A stretch of 20,000 bases of DNA, taken from an uncultured virus (IMG/VR IMGVR_UViG_3300009136_000003) (Duplodnaviria > Heunggongvirae > Uroviricota > Caudoviricetes > Crassvirales). The notes under the pieces were generated by a model. That model was not told the DNA's origin. It made no database searches and saw only the letters and a program-made list of their open reading frames with translations. The DNA lies in the IMG/VR virus record IMGVR_UViG_3300009136_000003. One strand, written 5' to 3'. Shown here in pieces: positions 9,886-17,200 of this stretch. The position numbers and the translations under genes were made by a program. Position 1 is the stretch's first letter, and every line of letters begins with the position of its first letter.

Positions 9886-10689
9886 ATGTCCTTACCAACA
9901 AATACAAATAATACTTTAACATACGATAGCCAAGCAGGAGGTTGGCCATCGTTTTATTCTTACTTTCCTGATTGGATGATTGGTATGAATAATTACTTCT
10001 ATTCGTTCAAAGAGGGTAACCTTTACCGTCATAATACCAACGAGGTACGTAATAATTTTTATGGAGTTCAATATACAAGTACGGTACAGTCTGTATTTAA
10101 TGAAGGCCCTCTTGAAAATAAACTATTTAAAACCATTAACATAGAGGGAGATTCAGCTTGGGGTGTTACATTGCAAACTGATATACAGGACTCAGGATTT
10201 ATTGAGGCAGGTTGGTTTGAAGAAAAGGAGGCATCATTCTATGCCTTTGTAAGAAACTCAGGTACTGTTCCTGCACAAACTAGCGAGTATGTGTTACGCT
10301 CTTTAAATGGTATTGGAAGTAGTGAAACCATTACAGGAGCAGCAGACACTATTAATTTCTCTACAGACATCGAGCTAGACACTATGATGTCAGTTGGTGA
10401 TATGATGTATTATATTAATAGTCTAAGTAATACACCCACTCTTGCAGGGCAAATAGAGATTATAAATATAAACCTACAGTCAGGAGTTAATCAAGTTACA
10501 ATAGACACCTCAGTATCCGGTAGTGTTCCTATTGCAGGACAAGAGATTTTCTTTTTCTATATTAAGAACTCAGTTGCAGAGTCTCACGGAGTTTTAGGTC
10601 ACTACTGTGTTTTTGATATTGTAAACACCTCAACAGAAAAAATAAACTTATTTACAGTCGAGAGTGAAGTAATGAAAAGTTATCCGTAA
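9886..10689 (+). CDS. Putative C-terminal moiety of the tail stabilisation/muzzle protein
   Basis: 267 aa. TLTYD...GWPSFYSYFPDWM..MNNYFYSFK.GNLYRHN...NNFYG...VFN..P...KLFKTI matches what I recall as the segment following GG(F/Y)DPY in unsplit homologues. Confidence 0.55.
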   Translation: MSLPTNTNNTLTYDSQAGGWPSFYSYFPDWMIGMNNYFYSFKEGNLYRHNTNEVRNNFYGVQYTSTVQSVFNEGPLENKLFKTINIEGDSAWGVTLQTDIQDSGFIEAGWFEEKEASFYAFVRNSGTVPAQTSEYVLRSLNGIGSSETITGAADTINFSTDIELDTMMSVGDMMYYINSLSNTPTLAGQIEIININLQSGVNQVTIDTSVSGSVPIAGQEIFFFYIKNSVAESHGVLGHYCVFDIVNTSTEKINLFTVESEVMKSYP

Positions 10690-10695
10690 AATTCG

Positions 10696-10703
10696 TACCT
10701 TTG
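10696..10703 (+). promoter_or_regulatory. Bacteroidota-type -7 promoter element (TAnnTTTG)
   Basis: TACCTTTG in the 18-nt gap between two genes, 4 nt before ATG 10708. Confidence 0.6.
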
Positions 10704-10707
10704 CTAT

Positions 10708-11205
10708 ATGGTAGAAGAAGACCAAGGAATACAAATACTTGAAGATGTAACCTCACATACAGGTATGTTGTGGGAAAGAATTTCTTTGTTTAGAAAACAA
10801 ATACAAGAAATTCCGGGAGCACTAGAGCATCATACTACTGAGATGGATGAGGCTATGCCTCTAAAGCATCATATAAAAGATGGTGTATACACGAGAGAAA
10901 TATTTATGCCAAAGGGTATGGTCGTTATAAGTTTCATACACAAGACAAACCACCCATCATTTTTTATGAGTGGCGAGATGTCTATAATTACAGACAAGGC
11001 AGAGGTTAAAAGAATAAAAGCACCAATGGTTTTACAGACTGAAATGGGCACACAGAGAATAGCTTATATGCACGAGGACTGTGTATGGGCGTGTGTATAC
11101 AGGACAGATTCAGAGACAGTTGAAGATGCAGAGAAGGAGTTGTACACAGAAAATTTTATGGAACTCCCTGAGTATATAATAAATAAAAATAAGCAAATAC
11201 AATAG
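10708..11205 (+). CDS. Phage cupin-like (double-stranded beta-helix) protein
   Basis: 165 aa. HHIKDGVYTREIFMPKG..VISFIHKTNHPSFFMSGEMSI...APMVLQTEMGTQRIAYMHEDCVW is a cupin-like strand pattern with His residues. Confidence 0.65.
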   Translation: MVEEDQGIQILEDVTSHTGMLWERISLFRKQIQEIPGALEHHTTEMDEAMPLKHHIKDGVYTREIFMPKGMVVISFIHKTNHPSFFMSGEMSIITDKAEVKRIKAPMVLQTEMGTQRIAYMHEDCVWACVYRTDSETVEDAEKELYTENFMELPEYIINKNKQIQ

Positions 11206-11207
11206 TT

Positions 11208-12194
11208 ATGGCAGCAGTAGCAAGTTCAATAATAGCGGCATCAGTAGCAATAGCAGCAGCAGGAACAGGGATGGCGATGTCTTTTGACGCAGCAGCAAAA
11301 GCAAGAAAAAAAGAAGAGCAAGCATTGGCTGAGGTTAAAAATAAAATGTCAGCCGCTCGTAAGAAGCTAGAAACCAATTATATGGATGTCTTAGCTATTA
11401 ACAAAGAACCGTTTGAAAGACAGCGTGAGGCTTTATTATCAGCCGGAGCACAAGCTCTTGAGGCAGGTATTGAAAGCGAAAGAGGTGGAGCTGCTACAGC
11501 AGGTAGACTTTTAGCTGCACAGAACGAGGCACAGGGTCAGGTTCGTGACGCACAGAGCGATAGACTTTTCGACCTTGAGGCGGCACAGGCGGAAGAGGAT
11601 TCAAGGCTTAGAGATATAGGTGTTCAGTTAGACTTGGGTGAGGTTGCAGGTGCTCAAGATGCAGCAGCGGCAGCAGCAGACAAGGCGGCTATGATGACAA
11701 ACCAAGGTTTACAAGGTGTTGTAAACACAGCAGCAGCAATAGGTTCAGCAGCTCCGTTGTACGCTAAAAGTGGAGCAGCAAGACAGGCGGCTGTTATTAA
11801 CAGACAGGGTGGCGGACAAGACGCAGTAAATGATACAGTTAGTTCACTTAATGACAATTTTACAGTTGGAATGACAAGTAGCGACAAAGTAGGATTCAAT
11901 GTAGGTGATGTTAAAACTGCAGCAACACTAGGTTCAGGTGTTGATGGTGAGGCAGGTTATGTTGCTCCTACTCCTGAAGTTTTGTATTCAGAACCAAGTT
12001 CTGATTTTGCAGCCGCTACAAATAAGTATAAAGGTGTAGATATTACTGAAATAATGAACAACCCAAGCAAACAAGAATTTGATGCTTTTATGTCAAAGCA
12101 AGACCCTAAATGGGCAAGAGATTTTAGGAAAAATGCATTAGGAATAAAGACAAAAGCAGGTCAAGCAATAGATTTTTTAAACCCTTTTAACTAA
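11208..12194 (+). CDS. Putative internal virion/ejection protein
   Basis: 328 aa. Hydrophobic Ala/Gly-rich N-terminus (MAAVASSIIAASVAIAAAGTGMAMS), then an Ala/Gln-rich helical region and a second GLQGVVNTAAAIGSAA segment. Position is analogous to podovirus pilot/ejection genes. Confidence 0.6.
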   Translation: MAAVASSIIAASVAIAAAGTGMAMSFDAAAKARKKEEQALAEVKNKMSAARKKLETNYMDVLAINKEPFERQREALLSAGAQALEAGIESERGGAATAGRLLAAQNEAQGQVRDAQSDRLFDLEAAQAEEDSRLRDIGVQLDLGEVAGAQDAAAAAADKAAMMTNQGLQGVVNTAAAIGSAAPLYAKSGAARQAAVINRQGGGQDAVNDTVSSLNDNFTVGMTSSDKVGFNVGDVKTAATLGSGVDGEAGYVAPTPEVLYSEPSSDFAAATNKYKGVDITEIMNNPSKQEFDAFMSKQDPKWARDFRKNALGIKTKAGQAIDFLNPFN

Positions 12195-12198
12195 GACT

Positions 12199-14193
12199 AT
12201 GAGTTACTATAAATACAAACCTCGTGACCCACAAGTACAGGTAAATTGGACAGAAGCGGCAAGTAACCTTACAGCGGTTATTCAGGATGAGGTAACTCTC
12301 AGAAAAGAAAAGAAGTCGGCTATTGATGAGGCAACTCGTGAATACCAAGACCAACTAAACAATCAGCCACAAGGCGAGAGCACCTCTATAAGAGAGTGGG
12401 GATTAAAGTTTGGCGACCAAGCTCAGAAACAAATGATGATGCAAGAGCAGCTTTTAAAAAGCGGTATGCTCAATCCAAACGATTACACTCTAATGCGTCA
12501 GAATCTAGTTGACGGAACAGACCAAGCTTTTTCATTAATGGAACACTACCAAGAGGTATACGCAAACAAGATGGAGCGTATGAATTCACAAGATATAGCT
12601 ACATCATCTCAAGCACTTGAAGTTTGGATGATGGAGAATGCAGAGGGGTTTGCTAATTTTAATAACAGTCAGTTAGCCATTAATCCTGAGACAGGAAAGG
12701 TTACTGCGGCTATGATGAGAACTAACTCTGAGACAGGCGAAAGAGAACTAACCAAAGACCCTAATCAGTTTGTAGCGGTAAGTGCATTACAGGGTCAGAT
12801 ACTTACGGAGTATGATAAGTTTGACGTAGGGGCTGTGTCTTCAAAGTTTGTTGAGGAAACAGGGGCTTGGACTACAATAGAAAAGCTAACAGGTAGTAGG
12901 CTAGAGGCAGGTCAGTTGCTTACAAGCATTGACCCAACATCAAAAACATTAACTGAAGTAGACAGGGCGGCACTTGCAAAAGCATACCCCGGAGAAGATA
13001 TGGCGAGTATTATTGATATTTATCTTTCAGCAGAGAACGCAGCGATAGATGGTATCTTTGGAAACCCTTATAACCTAACATCTGTACTTACAGAGAATGT
13101 TGTTATGGCTGACAATGGAAAGAACTATACTTTTACCTACGATGAAGCTGAAGCCAATGCAAACCCTGAAATGATTCTTATGGAAAGACAGGGCGAGAGA
13201 AATGTCCCTGTGTTTGATGAAAGCAGAAACAAACACGCAGCAGAACAAGAAAAAGCTATACGCTCTTGGATGCGTGTTGATATTAGAAATAAAATAAACA
13301 AAGAAGAAAAAGCTGTGTCTGTTAAAGATTACACTCCTCCTACTTATGCTCCTAATTATACTGACCCTAAAGATGTAAGGGATGAAAAGAGGAAACTTAA
13401 AGAAGGAAAAGGACTTCAATCTCTTTGGAACTCTATGTTTGGTGCTACTGCTGAAGAAAGAAAAGGTATTGTACAAAATATAATGTCTAACCCTCTTGCT
13501 AGAAAAAAGGGACTTATAGCACTTATACCTTCTGATGATGGAAGTAGTATAGAGTTTATTTTTAATAATGACACACCTAGCAGGACAGTAGATATTTCAG
13601 GAGCTACAGGTGAGTCTTGGGCTCAGTTAGGTATTGAACTTACTGATTTAACTTTAGAAGATGCAGGTGTAGCAGATGGTGTTTATAATACGGACTTTAA
13701 AGATGTTGGTGCAGACAGAAATTTATGGCAAAAATATAATGTAGAAATAGACAATATGTTTGAATCTGATTTAGGTCAAATGAATTATACTAAAGAAGAA
13801 GATGAAGGGTTCTTAGGACAGAAAGAAGGCCTTGTTGCAGATAAACTAAATGAGCTATATGGGAAATACGGACTTGTTGTAAAACCATCGAATAACGCAA
13901 TTGATAATGAGGTAATTCTTACAATGTCAGGATATAATGGTACTACTGAGTTTCCTTCAACAAAAACTTTTAGCACAAATATATATACAAATGTAAACCA
14001 AGATAAAGAGTTACGAGAAATGCAAAAATGGATTACAGCAGCTCTTGCATCAACAAATAGAGTTGGTATGCTTGCTAAAGATAAAGGATTCTCAGGTAAA
14101 AAAGAGTTAACACCTGCACCTGCTGCACAATATGGCCCTTGTGTTGATGGGAAAAAATTAGACAACGAATCAGGAGTACCTGTAGACTGTTAA
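12199..14193 (+). CDS. Putative internal virion/ejection protein
   Basis: 664 aa with a helical Q/E/M-rich N-terminus. Lies between the small ejection-like gene and the giant gene. Function inferred from synteny only. Confidence 0.5.
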   Translation: MSYYKYKPRDPQVQVNWTEAASNLTAVIQDEVTLRKEKKSAIDEATREYQDQLNNQPQGESTSIREWGLKFGDQAQKQMMMQEQLLKSGMLNPNDYTLMRQNLVDGTDQAFSLMEHYQEVYANKMERMNSQDIATSSQALEVWMMENAEGFANFNNSQLAINPETGKVTAAMMRTNSETGERELTKDPNQFVAVSALQGQILTEYDKFDVGAVSSKFVEETGAWTTIEKLTGSRLEAGQLLTSIDPTSKTLTEVDRAALAKAYPGEDMASIIDIYLSAENAAIDGIFGNPYNLTSVLTENVVMADNGKNYTFTYDEAEANANPEMILMERQGERNVPVFDESRNKHAAEQEKAIRSWMRVDIRNKINKEEKAVSVKDYTPPTYAPNYTDPKDVRDEKRKLKEGKGLQSLWNSMFGATAEERKGIVQNIMSNPLARKKGLIALIPSDDGSSIEFIFNNDTPSRTVDISGATGESWAQLGIELTDLTLEDAGVADGVYNTDFKDVGADRNLWQKYNVEIDNMFESDLGQMNYTKEEDEGFLGQKEGLVADKLNELYGKYGLVVKPSNNAIDNEVILTMSGYNGTTEFPSTKTFSTNIYTNVNQDKELREMQKWITAALASTNRVGMLAKDKGFSGKKELTPAPAAQYGPCVDGKKLDNESGVPVDC

Positions 14194-14218
14194 CGGTAAT
14201 TGTAATAAAAAAAAATAA

Positions 14219-17200
14219 ATGGCAATACAAGAAATATATTACACCACTCCAAACGGAATGAAGATGAGTCAGACCGAGGCATTAGAACGCTACGGTAGTG
14301 AACAGTTTGATGCATTGGTTAACGAAGGTCAGTTAGTAGAATTTATTCAAGAAGAAGACCCTGAATTAAACCAAGGAGATAGTTTCTACGAATCACCCAA
14401 TGGAAATGTTTATACCGAAGGTGATTTAGCAAATCGATATGGTCTTGAAGCATTTAACAAATTAATAGACGAAGGTCATTTAAAAAAAAAAGATTCTCCT
14501 CAAGAAGTATCAAGCTTTGGGGGTGGAGATTTAGAGCCAACAGAGACTTTACCATATCAAGATTTACCTGAACCTACTGAACAAGATTTTTTTGAGGGTG
14601 GATTTGGGGATGCACTAAGAGGATTTGATGCTATAGTACCTCTAGGTATTGGAGACTTTATAGATGATATGACTCGTGCTGTTGCAGGTGGTATAAACCA
14701 AGGTATTGCAGGAGAGAACGCATCAGACCTTTTGTTCGCAGGGTCAATGGCTACGGATGAGGATATCGCTAGCTATATTGAAGCCAATCAAAACGCTCAA
14801 AAGTATGGGTCTTCTCAGGAAATGCAGGAGTACCAAAAAACCTACGAAGAATATGGAGGTGTTTTAGGTGTTGTTATGGGTCTTGCTAAATCAGGATTAA
14901 CAATACTACCCGAAATAATGTTAAGCTCATTTGCTGCTATGGCAGCCAACTCAGATGCTTTGGCTGCGGGAGGAACAATTGTTGGAGGTAGTGCAACAGC
15001 AGGTGCTTTAACAGCAGGTGCAGGAGCATCCGTTGTTGTTCCTGTAGTTGGAACAGTAGTAGGAGCAGCAGCCGGAGCTATTACAGGAGCAGCAGCATCG
15101 TTACCTTATGCATTTGCTGCGGCTAGTACGGCATTAGAAATGGGTGCTACTTTCTCTGAACTACTTCAAGGAGAAATTGATGGAGAATTAACTCCTGAAA
15201 AAATTAAGGCAGCCTTAAGCAACGAAAAAACTTACACAAGCATTAGAAACAAAGCAGTTGCAAGGGGTATTACTATAGGTGCTCTTGATATGCTTTCAGG
15301 TAAAGTAGGTGGTAGAATTGCATCTTCTGTATTAAAAAAAGGTGCGAGAGCTACAGGCATATCGTCAAGGGCTACAAAAATAAAGGCAGTAGCTGCGGCA
15401 AGTGCTGTAGAAGGAGTAGGTGGTTCAATAGGTGAGACTGCAGGTATTGCGGCAACTAATATAATTGGTGATACTAAAGGTCAGGATTTTGACATCTCTG
15501 AGATTATACTTGAAGGTATAGCTGAAATACCCGGTGGTGTAAAGGATATGGTTTCTGCTAGGTTTAGTAAACCTAAATATAAAGTAAACGGAGAAAGAGT
15601 TGATGCGGCTACCATAGACAGTATGATAGAAACAATGACTCTAGAGCAGCTTACCGAAAGTAGGATACAAATAGACAACGATTACGAGGGGAGAGATGCT
15701 GCATTGCAAGATAGAAAAGTAACACTATCTATAGAAAATCAGGTAAGAAAAGTAATACCCAATATTACTCCTGAAGCTGTTACTGAGATAGTTACGTTAC
15801 AGAAAGAACTACAATCACTTGAAGGAAACAAAACCGAAGTAGGTAAAAAAAGAGCGTCAGAAATTAGAGGTTCAATTAATGAAATTATGACCAATGAAAC
15901 TGCAGAAGCAGGTGTCGTTGAGGTAACAGATGAAGCGGTTGTTGCTAGAATAAAAGAGATTAAAGGTGACGACTCTGCTTACACTCAAGAAGAGTTTGAC
16001 AATATTAAAAAAATATTAGAGGCTGAAAATGAAGCTCAATTAGTAGAGGCACAAGAGGAACAGGTAATAACAAGTACTGAAGAGTTTAGAGGACTTGAAC
16101 AGTCAGAACAAATAGATTACCTAGAGAAGGCAACTAAAGAATTAGCAGCAGAGGCTGAAGCAGGTGGTAAAGTAGATTTTGAAATAACAGAATCACAAGC
16201 CTTGACAAGAGCAAATCAATTATTCCAAGATAATAAAAATGAAATAGGTAGACAAGAAAGGTTAGACAGTAGAGCGGAGAAAGAGAAAAAACAATTTGGA
16301 GAACAACACGCTGATGAGAAACTACCTTACGAAAAAGGTGCTGATGGAAAAGGAAGAGCTAAACTATACGACATTACAAAACCTAATGAGAAAGGAGTTG
16401 TTACTGCCGAGTATGTAAATCCCGAAACAGGAGTTGTAGACGTTATAATTAGCGGACAAAATGATGATAATTTTGTAGGGTATGTTAGGGTTTATGAAAA
16501 CGGTAAGCCAACAAATATGTTTACTGCTAAGATGGAGTCAACAGGAGACGCTTTCAAAGATATGATTACCGATGCTGAGGCTAAACTTCCTGACAACGCA
16601 GAGGTTGTTGAAACAACATCGATATCTATAGACGGATTAAAGTCATCTAGTAAATCAAAGCGAACAGAAAAAGTAGACGCTGATGGAAATGTTGTAACAA
16701 GACCAACGCCATATAGTGCCGCTACAAAAGAGTCTGTAGCAAGTGCCAAAGGAACTGACACAAATCCTTTTGAAAACTTTAAAACTACTGATAAAGCTGC
16801 AGCAGAAGCAGAGGTCGCTAAGATTGAAGCTGCATATCCGGGGATAACTGCAACAATAAATAAACGAAAAGGGCCTCCTGCTCCTCCACCTAGACCGGGG
16901 ACAAAAGACAAAGCTTCTGCTAAAGCAAAGCCTGAATATACAGTTTCTGTAAACCTTCCTGTTTTAGTGTCACCTAAATCAAACAACAAAACAAAAGTAG
17001 AAACAGATGCCGTTAAAAATTCACGTAAGCAACAATCTAAAGTTGAGCAGCAGGTAGACAACGCTAGAAAGGCTTTGAAAACTATTGACAATGAGATTAA
17101 AGTGGTGTATCATACTGACGATGCGTCTTACCGAGATGCTACAAACGAACAGTCAAGGGAGCAGTCTACTAATGGGGAGTATAATCCTACGACTAAAACC

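Noticed and set aside
10792..10800. RKQ in the cupin (LFRKQIQ)
   Set aside because: A single copy in a probable helix, with different codons (AGA AAA CAA). Most likely chance.
13053..13060. TATCTTTG inside the 664-aa ORF
   Set aside because: Intragenic with no nearby gene start. A few matches to this short motif are expected by chance.
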